Origin: Vicugna vicugna
Lineage: Eukaryota
DNA: 64,000 nt
Direction: 5' to 3'
Assembly: GCA_013265495.1 (NCBI GenBank)
Contig: MU061017.1
Coordinates: 7,712,180-7,776,179 of the forward strand
The translations under genes were made by a program, and so were the position numbers. The first letter of the stretch is position 1. Each line of letters starts with the position of its first letter. Positions 43,431 through 54,880 of the stretch are shown piece by piece. The notes beneath the pieces were generated by a model, which saw nothing but the letters and a program-made list of their open reading frames with translations, was not told where the DNA came from and made no database searches.

Positions 43431-46149
43431 ACCACACTCATGCAAAGCATCATGATGAGTAACGAGAGCTCTGTGCGCTGGTTTCCGAGCTGCCTACAGG
43501 TCCCAGCGGAATGGTCAGCAAGAGACAAGGCAGAAACAAAATGAGAGGACTGACCCCATGTCGAGTCTTAAATCCTGAATCCACAGACGTGGAAGGTGCC
43601 CTGTGTTCTAATTAATCCTGATAGCGACGCTGAGAAGTAGGCAGGACAGATGCGTTTTATCTGCACAGTGAGGAGATTGGACTAGATAGTTTCTGGGGCC
43701 TCTTCCAGATCTAAAATTAAGTAATTCTGTTATTTGTCAGATGGGAAAATGAGTTGAACTGAGCTGAGGGGAGGTTAAGAGGTCTGGCTAAGATCACGGG
43801 CTTATTAATGACAAAAGTCAAGATGCAGCTGAGGCCTTCTGTCCCCTACCCCCCACCCCGCCCCCTTCTGATAGATGGCAGTGTCGCACTCTGGCCCCTC
43901 ACTGACCAAGCAAATATTGGTTCTGAGTCTGGCCTCCTGTATGAGCAGGCTGGTCCCCAGTTCCAGCTGTTTGGGTCTCTTTCTTCTGAGCTTTGTGACT
44001 CTTAGGAGTCTTTCTTCCCAGATTGGAATGTACAGGAGGCTTCTGTGCACAGAGGTCAAAGGGGAGCCAGGAGCAGCTGGCTTTTCTCCTAGGAAGCAAA
44101 TACACCTCCAGGCTGTCCCCAGTGGGTCTGACCCTTAAAGATGGAGCCACACATCTCCCACTCCCGGCTCCTCTCTCTGAGCCGCTTTGCCACCTCACAG
44201 AGCAGAATGAACCGTTGCCGCTTGGCCATTTTAAATGTTAATGATTTATCTTATTTTAAAATCTGTGTGCCCAGAGGCCTCTTTGCCAGAGGCCCAGTGA
44301 GTAAGGAAACTGGGGGAAATAAACTGGGAGCCTTCAGCAGATTCCATGACTGCCATTCCCTGGAGGGCAGCATTGAACCTGAGCCTCCAGCCTCCAGCCA
44401 TGGCCAGGATGCTCCCAGGGGTAAGCGGGGCCAAGCCAGCCGCTGCAGGGCTGGGCTCCCTGATTCTGGCCCCGGAATGGGCCCCGCTGAGCTGCAGGAG
44501 GCAGTGAGCTCCAAGTCAGTCTCTCTGACGAATACTGCACCAGCACCTGTCCTGTCAGGGGGCGTGCCTTCCTGGAGAGACATTGAATATTAATAGCAGC
44601 AAAAGCAGCCGTAGAGGCAGAGAGGGTAAGCAAAAGTGAGTTACAAGATGTTCATTTTAAGGGCAACCATGTTAACCCCTGAGAGGAGAGTGAGCATTTC
44701 CAGCGCAGGGAAAAGGCATTTAACTTCTTGGGTCTTAACATTCCCAATGGGCTGGCCAAGCTGGTGTGAATATTCTGCCCTTTGTCTGCTGAAACGTCCT
44801 GGGACCCCCCCCCCCCGCCACCTGTCTCTCCCACAGCCCAAGCTGTGCAGGTAGAAGGAGTGAGCGCTTCCTGGTGTGACTCGTGCCTCTGGGCCTGGGC
44901 GAGGGGTGCTGTGGACTGGGTTTAGAACACTGCTGAGTCACGCCCTGGAATGGGGCCTGTTTCTGCGCACGGGCCTCCCTCAGGACCGCCCGAGTGCGGG
45001 GGGACAGGCCCTTCCAGAACCCCAGAGCAGAAGCTGGCAGCAGAGGGCCTCAGTCTCTAGCCATCTGGCAAAGATGTATCAAACAGATCGATCCTTACTG
45101 TTTTTCAGGAAAGAACTTCCCAAAGTGTCCATTGCCGAAATGGGAAGATGCGGCTGAGACACCTGGACGCTATGGGGGACCTCCTGGGGTCAGAGCGGGA
45201 AGGGGCTTCCTCCGCTGAGCCTGAGGCCAGGGCAGAAAAGCCTCAAAGCTGGCATGCAGCCCAGAGGCGATAGAAGGTGGGTTCTGTGAGGAGGGGAGGC
45301 CTGGAGGTCCCAGCAGGGGAACCTCCCCATTCTGCAGTCTGTGAGTGCTTCATTTAGAACCCAGCTCGTTCGTGCATTCGTGCACTCAGGGCCGTCAGTG
45401 CCGTACCTGCGGGGGCCCCAGCCACAGTGCTGAGCAGACCCGACAAGGTCTCTGCCTTCAGCCTGCATGCAGCAGAGAGGTCAGACAGGTAACCAAGCAA
45501 TGGTTACTGTAAAGGAGGGTAAGTGCTTTGATACCAAAAGCACGGGATGCTGAGGGAGCCGGGGTGCAGGTGTGCCCTGCCGGCTCGTGGGGGTGATGGA
45601 AGGCTCAGCAGAGATGATGGAGAAGCCGAGTCCTGACGTCCAGCCAGGTGGTCTGCTGGGCTGGGCGTGGGGCAGAGGTGGGCAGAAGTGGCAGAAAAGG
45701 AGACCAGAGAGGCAGGACTTAGGAGAGGAAAAGGAGGCAGGCCTGCTGGTCTCCCGAAGCAGCTCAGCCAAAGCGTTTGTGACTGTTTTCTGCTCAATCA
45801 GGAAAATCTCCAATTCAGTCGTTTCTGTGCTTTGCAGAAGCAATTATCAGCCGAGGCCACGGACTCTGCTGGTTTTGTTTTCTCCTCAATTCTGCCCCTG
45901 CGTCCTGCCCAGGACAGTTTGCATGCTGCCTCTTCAGGTGGCAGTCCTGGCTGTTGGTCACGTTTCCCTGATGTCGAGTCCAGATCTGAGCCTCGCTCCC
46001 TCCTTCTGCTGGCCCTGCGTGGGCCGCCGTGGGCCTGGCGAAATACGGCCCTAGTTCTTCTTGATGGCCTTGTACATGCCTGAAGCCTGCAACACGTCCC
46101 TTCCAGACCTCTTCCCTGGGATCAATGCTCCCTGCCCCGTCAGCCACTT

Positions 46150-46800
46150 CTCACATGATTTAGTGTCTATTTGTGTCACTAGCCCAGACCCTCTCCTTTA
46201 CTAGTTTGTCACTGTCCTTCTGAAAGTGGTGACCAAAATGGTCACAGTGCTTGGTGTTAGTCTGGCTCGAGCAGGGGTCAGAGGGAAAGGTCTCCTCCTT
46301 TGTCCCAGACACTCTGCTATCATTAACAGCCCAGGATTACACTTTTTTTTCTTTTAACAAGCAGCAGTTTGTCACAACTGGCTCATGTCTAGCTTGGGGT
46401 TCAAAAACGAATGAATAAACAAGGCCATGTCTTTTTCCTTTAATAAATGTTCCAGGCCAGATGTGCCCCTCTTGATACGTCTGCTATTGATTTCTTGAAT
46501 CCAAATGTAATACTTTGTATTTTCCATCCAGGATTTCATTGTGTAAGTCTCCCTCAGTATTCTATTCTGCCAGTCATTTTGACTTTGGCTTCTGTCACCT
46601 GACATGCCCAGTGCGCGCCATCCCCATTCTATGGCGCCTGCAGATTTGATCAGTGTGCTCTGTGTGTTGTCATCCCTGACACCTGCAAGCCCCCAGACCC
46701 TGGCTGCTAACTCCATATGGGAGCAGGAAGAAGGCCGAGTGGGCCCCCTTGCATCACTGCCATTGGCCTGTTCAATCACTGTCATGTTGTAATTGGCAAA
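46150..46800 (-). mobile_element. L3/CR1 LINE relic covering the RT C-terminal region
   Basis: Minus-strand frame STLIKSAG...DRSQSQND...MKSW...EKDM...KLDMSQL aligns to CR1 TLIKFADD...DRIKIQNDL...MKFN...EKDL...KLNMSQQ; downstream DNA resembles ILGCINR...VQFWAPHFK. Confidence 0.8.
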
Positions 46801-47084
46801 AGTGAAACAGCAGCGTGTTCTGTGCTGCGAGGCCTTTCCTGGGCAAGGTTTAATTGCCATGGGATTTATGACCGTCTCTGTAGGAGGTAATAGATGTGTC
46901 TTTTTCATCCTCTCTGGCTACTGATGATTTCTAAGGGATGAGGGAAGACAGGTGGGTCTGGAGCTGGGAACTCTGCAAGGTGGAGCGGTGGCTACCAGTG
47001 ACTGGGTGAGTGGCAGCTGCGAAGGTGCCCTAAGTGATGTTGGATGTGCATATTCACAGGTCCCCGCATGAGGGCGGTACCTTT

Positions 47085-47235
47085 CTGGCCTTATCTCTTC
47101 ACAGCAGCCTTGGCAGATAGGGAAAGGAGGGCCCAATTCTCCACTTTACAGAGGGGGACGTTGAGTTGAGAGTGGATTTGCTGCTGATTCAAGGTCCCAC
47201 CGAAAGTCATGGTTAGACCTGGGCTGGAGTCCGGG
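47085..47235 (-). mobile_element. MIR SINE
   Basis: ttctccactttacagagggggacgttgagttgagagtggatttgctgctgattcaaggtc. Confidence 0.55.
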
Positions 47236-47654
47236 TCTTGTGGGCTCTGCTCTTCCTACCACCCAGCACGCTGCTCCTCCAGCATCATTCACAGGACTTT
47301 GTCTCTGCTCGTCACTCAGCCTCCCCGACCATTATTTGTGAGATAACGTGTGTGGCGGCGTGCTGTAAACGGGAGGCTTGCGGAATTGTGCGTAATTTCT
47401 GCTGTTATGACAGGACTTGCTGTGTGAGACGCCGCGCTGGGCCCCGTGCGGGATGCAGAGTGTGTGATGCGCTCTCCTGGCTTTTCGGTAGGAGTGATGT
47501 TTAATAATGTCGGGAACTCACCCAGCTGATGGAGGCTCATCTTGACTTATAATCCACAACTCGGGGTTGCGGGTGTTGGAGAAAGGAAAATGCTAGCTCC
47601 CTGTGTCTGTTATGACCCACAGTGAAGGTAAGGGACGTTTAGACAAGACCAACC

Positions 47655-47712
47655 CCTTCCTCTCTCCCTTCCTCCCCTCCCTCCTTCTCTCCCCTTCTCC
47701 TCCCTCCCTCCA
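47655..47712 (+). repeat. Homopyrimidine (CT-rich) tract
   Basis: cccttcctctctcccttcctcccctccctccttctctccccttctcctccctccctcc. Confidence 0.9.
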
Positions 47713-48700
47713 TTCATTTATCCTCCGATTTATTTTTCTATCAGTATTCATTTATTGAGCATCTCTTGTGTGCCAGGCACTGCTCCAGGTGCTGTGGATA
47801 CAGTGGTGAATAGGTAGGTGCAGTTTCTGGCCTCTTGGAACTTAGAATCTAGTGGAGGATACAAGAGGACTAAATGCTTATTTAGAAGTGTCAAATACAT
47901 CCTCAAAGAGGAAATATTATGTGCTGCAGTTCATTTAGCAGGGACTTGTGACCTGATCTGGACATTAGGGAAGGCTTGGTGGAGGAAATCATGATATAAA
48001 CTGAGACCTGAAGTTTCATAACAGGTAGGAGTTAGCCCAGGTGAGGAGAACATGGAAGGGGGGCGGGTGTAGTTACATGAAGCTGCACGTTCAAAGGCCC
48101 AGGGCAAGAGAGCACATGATGTTTTTATGAAATGTAAGGAGAGAGGGAAGTGGGAAGAGATGAGTCTGTAAAGTAGGCAGGGGCCAGATCATAAAGGGCC
48201 TTAGCAGTCCTGTTGAGGAGGGTTGGACTTTTAGCCTAGTACAGAGGGATGCTACTGAAGACTTTTAAGCAGGGAGGAACATGAGCAGATTTCTATTTTA
48301 CAGAGATTTCTCCACTGCAGTGAAGAGAGTGAATTAGAGGTGTTTTGTTTAGGTCCTGCTGATTCTGAAATATCTCTGGGCTTCCCAGTGGAGCTGTGTG
48401 TCCTGTAGGTAACTCGGTGTGTGGGTCTGGAGCTCAGAAGAGCAGTGCAGGCTGGAAATAGGAATTTGCTATGTCTCCGCTAGCACTTGGACACGAATGC
48501 TAGTCCTGGCCAGGTGCCAGGAGTCAGCTTATCACACCGTGAGTGAAGCCATGGTCCTGGATGCTCTGCCGGGAGGGAGGGGGGCCTAGCACAGAATCCT
48601 GAGCACCAACCCATGAGGGCAAGCAGATAATCCAAGAAAGATGCCCGTTTTGGAGTCGCAGTGGAATCCAATGAAAGCTGAGAGTCTTCTTTCAAAAAAC
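47713..48700 (-). mobile_element. L2 relic with 3' end
   Basis: ttcatttattgagcatctcttgtgtgccaggcactgctccagg ... ggggccagatcataaagggcctt ... ggtctggagctcagaagag. Confidence 0.85.
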
Positions 48701-50519
48701 CAAAGAGATGGAAACCTTATGAACCCCCCAGAGGCTGATCAGTGAATTCAGATGCAGAACCGCTGCCTGAGCACCTGCCTAGAGGGGGAGCAGGTCTCCA
48801 CCCCTCCGTTGCCCATTCATCTGAGGCTGCTCTCCCTTGCTCTCCTCCTCTCCCTTCCTGTTTCCTTTTCTAGACATTTGTTTTCCCCACCAGTGACTCC
48901 CCACTCAGGTATGGAGAATGACATTTGCCGAGGGCTCAGGGATTCTCAAGTCCCGGTGTCTCCAAACCACCAGAAAGGAATCATCACACTTTTACAGCAT
49001 CCTCTCCCACCAGGCTCCATGTCCACCTGACTGGCCCCCTTTCATGGGGCCAGTGGGCCCGGGGCAGAGAGTCCCACTTGGAGGTGCAGCTGGGGAGACT
49101 GAAGCAGAAAATAGGACGCAGCCTCCCCTGGGTTCCCACTTTAATTTAACGCAAATGAATTTAACATGTCTTCCTGAGCCTCTTCCTTGTGCGGATTCCA
49201 GGTGGGGGAAATGACCCAAGCAAAGGCACAGAGGCAGGACTGTCCTGAGCAGGGAAAGGGCTTTGGGGTCAGTTAAGAGCTGGGTGCGTGGAACATCACC
49301 ATGTGGGGAATGAGGCTTCAGGGCGAGCGGGAGCCAGACGGTGGTGGTCCTAAAAGCAAGGAAGGTGAGGAGTTTGGACTATTTCTGTAGGAGTTGGGGC
49401 TGGCAACGATTTCTGAGATGAGAGTGAACATATCAGAGCTGAAATAAAGAACCAGAGCTTGAGTTGCAGAAGCCCCAACCTGGATTTGTACAATTATAGA
49501 ACTCATTAATTTACCCAACATGAATCGAGTGCCTGCTGTTTGCAGGCTCAGAACTTGAACCGAGAGATGCGAAGATAAGATGCAGTCCCTGCCTTCAAAG
49601 AGTTGGCAGCCTGGCTGGGGAAACAGAAACACAGTGTGGTAAGTAGATGGGAGGAAGCAAAGCCCTAGGCACCCCCGCTCCAGCCCCTCTCCCACCCTGC
49701 GCAGGAGCCCTTCCAACAGTGAGAGGAGGCATAGGACTTCTCTCCCGGAGGCTGCTGGGAGAGAACGCCTTCCCGAGCAGCCGCTGCTCTGACCAGAGCT
49801 AATGATGGATTCACAAGGCAGGGTGGTTCTGCTGCAAGATAGTCCCCTGAACTTCATTTAGCAGATCAGGGCCCTGGACAAAACCCTATTTGCACAGCCC
49901 TGGGCTGAGCTTTTAGCTTGGAGGTTTAGAGAGGGATGGAGAGGGAGTAGGATCCAAATCCTCTAAATATTTGCTGTGGGGACCTCTCCATCCCCAAGAG
50001 AGATGCCGAGGAAGCAGCTCTTCAGCACTCAGAGGCACAGTTTTGGGTCCAGCCAGGAGACTTCCCCCTGATGACCAAATTACCTTTAAATAGAGGCCAA
50101 AGGCCATGTGTCCATCGCACACCTGGTCACCTTAATATGAGCCAGGGGCTGGGGTCGCCTGCATGGGCTAATGCAAACGTAACTGGAGAATGAGAAATAG
50201 GAAGTGACTGCAAACACACGGGTGGTGGGCAACGCTGCAGGAACAGATGCTTCCAGAAAGGCCCCCATTTGGAAAGGTTTGCACTGTTACCAGGGCAGAG
50301 ACCGGGTTGCCCTTGGGTTTCTTCCTTCCTTCTGTCTGCTGAGCCTGCTCACAGGGGCGGCAGGCGTGCCAAGGACCTGGTGATGCTGATACAGTGGAGA
50401 AAGACAGGGCCCACTGCTCTCTTTGCCATCACCCCCCTCACCTCCTAACCTGTTTAGAAAGACAATGCAGGGCCAGGAAATCTGAACCCCAAAAGCCAAA
50501 AAACTGGGTTCCAGAGTTG

Positions 50520-50650
50520 ACATGTGACTATGGCTGTATCAGCTGACGTCTTTGGTCCTCCTTTTCTTACTTATAAGAAGGAAAATAGGAATCTTCCTGC
50601 TTCCTGTCTCAACAGGATGATATGGGGAGGCTGAGTGAGGTAGTAAAAGA
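50520..50650 (+). mobile_element. MIR SINE fragment
   Basis: tttcttacttataagaaggaaaataggaatcttcctgcttcctgtctcaacaggatgat. Confidence 0.5.
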
Positions 50651-52164
50651 GAGAGTGCGCCCATGAGGAGCATCCTCTGGGTGCGGGGTGGGGGTGGGGT
50701 TCCTATCCAGGGAAGCCCAGCCCAGGTGCAGTGTTCTAGACGGGCTTATGGACAGGAGCGAGCAACGAAGTTGAGGTTAGGGCTCCACCCTTCCTGGGGC
50801 CCAGCAGCTGAGCATTGCACGTAGTCCTGGGGCAGAAAATCACCAAGGCGGTTCCCCCCACCGCCCCAGTCCCACCTCTGCCCTCTGAACTGAGCAGTCA
50901 CCTCTGCAAGGGGGCTTGAGGAAAGTCCAAGCAGAATGAAGTCAGTGTGGCTTTTTTCCCCTTAAGTGTCGGTCTAGACACACCTGGTTCCTGGAAAGGA
51001 AAGTCATATGTCATCTGCTTGTTGCTCTAGGTGCTGAGAAGCCTGGCATCCTCCTCCTGCCATTTCCCCTCTAGTCTGATGCCTCTCTCGCCTTCCCCTC
51101 ACCAAGAATAAAGACCTGGCAGTCCTGTGACTGTCACGAGTTCCTAAGGAATCCGGCTCACACCAGATGTGCATATGCCCCTGACCCCCGCGTCTGTAAG
51201 TCAGTTGGAGACCTCCCAGCCGCCTTCTCCTCTCCCAGTCTTTACCCAGGCATTCTAGAAACAGCAGGAAAACCTCCAGCTCCCAGCAGGCTGAGGAGTG
51301 ATGTGACCAAGTCTCTAAGTTGCTAAAGCATCCACATTCAGGAGAGGATGCCTGCCGGTTTCCACTTTCCCTGAGGACAGAGTGAGGAGGGATAGGCGCA
51401 GGCAGCGCGAGCTGGCTTTAGGCGAGGGTCGAGAAAGGGCGCGGTGCCGCTGCAGAAAATGATTTTCTGGGCTCCTGCTCCTCCTGCTTGTCTCCAGGAT
51501 TCTGAGCCGGGGACGCTTCACTTCCAGCTGTAAGTACAGCCTTGCCCCCGCATGGGATTAGTCTTGTCCCCCTAGACGGAAGGCAGGAGGGAGAGTCTTG
51601 CACACTGAGCACTGTATGCCGAAGCCGCAGCTGAGCAGGGAGCCTTCATCCTCACCTTGCTGGACAGATGGGCATCCAGGGCTGTGGTCTGCTGCCTCGG
51701 GAGGGTCAGCCCCGCTGCCGTTGCTTCCCTCCCAGCCCAGGAGCTGCCAGCACCCACCTAGGTCCTACCTTGACTTTGCCTTTGTGCCTGGACCCTCCTC
51801 CTCTCTGTTTTCTGCCTGTTGTCCAAGCTAGCTACTTAGACCTTTTCCCCAACCCCTTCTCCATCATTCTGCCTTGTTTTAGTTCCACACTGACTCCAAT
51901 CTGAACAGTTTCACGACTGACTGAGCCCCAGTTTTAATAAGAGTTGTTAATCACGGGGATGATCTTTGGGGAAAGAAGTTGGCCTCTCCAACTCCTTATA
52001 GAATTGTGTGATGCTTAAAGAATTGAAACAATATAGGAAGACTATAGCAACTTCTGTGCACACACGTAAAACAGAATTTCCTGTAACCTGTGTGGCTGAA
52101 GTAGAGGTGGAGTGGGGGTCGACCAGATGGCCTCCTCCCAGAGACAGCCTAGAAGGAGGTGAAG

Positions 52165-52320
52165 GTTTTAAAGTCAGATCTAGATTTAAACCCCAGTTCT
52201 GACACTCACTGCCTGTGTGACCTTGGGCAAGCTACCTGACCCGCTGCATCTTGAGTGCTGTCTCATTTGGTGAAGTCAGCCTGATGATGATGCTCGCTTT
52301 TGGTTGTGAAGATGAGCTTG
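52165..52320 (+). mobile_element. MIR SINE
   Basis: tttaaagtcagatctagatttaaaccccagttctgacactcactgcctgtgtgaccttgggcaagctacctgac. Confidence 0.85.
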
Positions 52321-52860
52321 ACTTAGGGTAGTGAAGTCAGTCTGCTAGGCTGGCTTCTTTTCCTTCTGGCCTCAGGAGCCCTGAGTTATCTGGAGACACC
52401 CCTTCTCATACTGAAAAGGTATTTTATTCCAGATTCAGATTTATCTGAAATGAGTTAGGTAAGCGTCTCTCCCACCTAACATTCAAAACTGAAATTTACA
52501 AAACAGACAATGAAGGTAGATTTAGTACACAGAAGGAGTCTTCCTTTTTCTGTAATGATATTTTCTAGGGTTCTTCTACTAACGGAGCATTTTTGGTCCA
52601 TGTTTGATGCTATTACCTATTTGACAGAGAAGCTAAGAAGAGAGGCTGAAAGCTGAAGGCTTAAGTATTAGGAACCGTTGGGAACCTGTGTTTCCTAAAG
52701 ATCAATTAGAGAAAAGGATGAGGTGGATCAGAAAAGTAAGATTTGGAGAAACTAGGATTTGATTTATAAAAGTTCACATTGTTTTGGAAACAACTTTTGC
52801 ATAAAGCAAAGTCCCCTGAATTGTGGAGCACTACACCACCTTGTACCTAGAATGCAGAGT

Positions 52861-52952
52861 GTGTTGTGCGTGCGTGTGTGTGTACACGCACGTGTGTGTG
52901 TGTGTGGAGAGAGAGGGAGAGGAAGGGAGAGAGATGGGGAGGAAGGAGAGGG
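52861..52952 (+). repeat. Compound (TG/CG)n then (GA/GGA)n low-complexity repeat
   Basis: gtgcgtgcgtgtgtgtgtacacgcacgtgtgtgtgtgtg followed by gagagagagggagaggaagggagagagatggggaggaaggagaggg. Confidence 0.92.
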
Positions 52953-53369
52953 TGAAATTGAGAAGCAAGGGCTCCTATTGGCATGGTCATTAAAACTACT
53001 GCTGCCAGTCACGGTCACCGCATACTAAGGTCTGCCCAGGCAAGACTGGTCATGAAATCGATGAACACTGCATTTTGTGTTTGACTCTGGTTTATTGTAG
53101 ACTGTTTTCTCCAGACATCCTCTGATGTGTCTGTGGCTGTGAGCAAAGGAATATAGATTTTCCCACCACGTTCCAGGTCTCAAAGCTGCGTCCCCTGTGG
53201 TCCTACACCTATGGGAGGGGTGGGAAGAAGCTGTCTGGGATGGGGCCCCTAGATCCCAGGCCTGGGCAGTATGGGGGGTGGGAGCTGAGGGTGTCGATGT
53301 GTGTCCTGCTTTGGTCAGGACAGCTCGGAACTGGGAAGAAAATAAGCTTTCAGGTGGGCGATGGTGGTT

Positions 53370-54120
53370 CACCGCCATGGGTGGATGGAGAAGAGGCTGA
53401 GGAGATTGCGGAGGGCGAGGAGGTGCTGATACCAGGAGAAGCAGTTGGGATGTTATATTTAGTCTATGAGGGTGTAGGCCGGGGAGGGGCAGGGAGGGAG
53501 GTTGGCTGAAGATCTGAATTATTTACATTCTAAGAAGTCTGATGTGGTGGTGGCGTGTGGTCTGGGTTGAAGGGGGAGTTGTTGCAACTGAGAAGATGAA
53601 TTAAGAGCCTGTTGCTCTGTTTCAGCGTGTGATAGAAAGGACAGAGGAGTAGTGGGTGATGATGGAAAGGAAAAGGAAGGGAGAAGAATGGGGTGGGGAA
53701 CAGAGAGAGATTGGTGCAGAGTTAAGGATGACCCTAGGTTGTGAGCGGTGGATGAGTTTATTTGTTCACCCAGTCATTCCTTCAGTCTTTCCAGCGGTAG
53801 TTATCCAGCAGCACAGGCCTTGTGCTGCGCACTGGAGGGAGGCCGTGGCTCCAGCTTTCCTGAGTTGGCTTTCTCATGGAAGGTTTATAGCCACAAAAAT
53901 GGACAATTCCAAAAGCTGGGGAGCACATAGGAGGGGCACCGGCTGGGGGCTTGGGGAAGTGGCTCAGAAAGACTTTCTGGAAAAAAAAAAAAGTGGAACA
54001 GACGACCTCTAAACCGGTCAGCAAAGCCAAATGCTATATAGTAAGGCCAAGAGGGAAAACGGACCTGGATGAGATCACCTGCTTGGCAATAACACATGGT
54101 TGATGACCTGCGAGAGAGCA
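53370..54120 (-). mobile_element. L2 fragments
   Basis: Purine-rich pieces; gtgctgcgcactggagg ... gaagtggctcagaaagactttctgg. Confidence 0.5.
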
Positions 54121-54153
54121 GCTGGGGAGGGACTAAAGCTGTGTCAAAGGCAG

Positions 54154-54643
54154 GGTGTTAAAATACAGAGCATCAGTGGGAAATTCGAGATCTGGTGAGG
54201 TCGACAGATCAGGATGACCACTATTGAAAGGACAGTGTGTTCTTCACTGTTCCCGTGGGGAGGGGGCCACATCGAGAAGCAGTGGGGTTGGTCCAGGCAG
54301 AGGGAGTGAGGGGAGATGTGGGCAAGAGCCTTTGTTGTGGTTTCTGCTGGAAGGAACGTGTGAGACAGGGTGAGTAGGCTCAGGATTGGCTAGTTTGAAT
54401 AATCTCAGTAGGTTCTGGGAGGAATTAGAACCAAAAACTGGTGGTCCTGTGAGCATCCAGTAAAAGGGAAGGTTGGGGTGTGGGCTCTGGGTTGGTTGCT
54501 TTGTTTTTAAAAAGTGCCCTTGTGGACCCATTGTTTAGTATCCCTAGGAACTGGCTAACTCTGGGAGGGGCGGTCCCTCCAGCATCAGCAAGGCCCTAGA
54601 TGTCAAAGCGTCAGAGGCCAGAAGATGAAAGACAGTTAATGCA
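54154..54643 (-). mobile_element. MER76/MER77-like ERVL solo LTR
   Basis: aagagcctttgttgtggtttc, aggattggctagtttgaataat and gcaaggccctagatgtcaaagc hallmarks; perfect 5-bp TSD GGCAG at 54149-54153 and 54644-54648. Confidence 0.8.
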
Positions 54644-54659
54644 GGCAGTTAAGGGAATA

Positions 54660-54880
54660 ATCATATATAACATTTATTGAACAGTAATGATGTCAGGTAC
54701 TCTTCTTAGTAATTTACATGGTTAAGCCCAAGTCTGGCCCCTTTAGGAATTAAGTACTACTAGTCTGCAGATGAGGAAACAGAAGTTCAGAGACGTTAAG
54801 TCACTGGAGCTAAGTCACACAGCTGGTACTGGGACTGGAGGCCAGCTGCTAGGCTGGGAGTCCCAGTCACTACACTGTGT
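54660..54880 (-). mobile_element. MIR SINE
   Basis: aacatttattgaac ... ctgcagatgaggaaacagaagttcagagacgttaagtcactgg. Confidence 0.85.
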
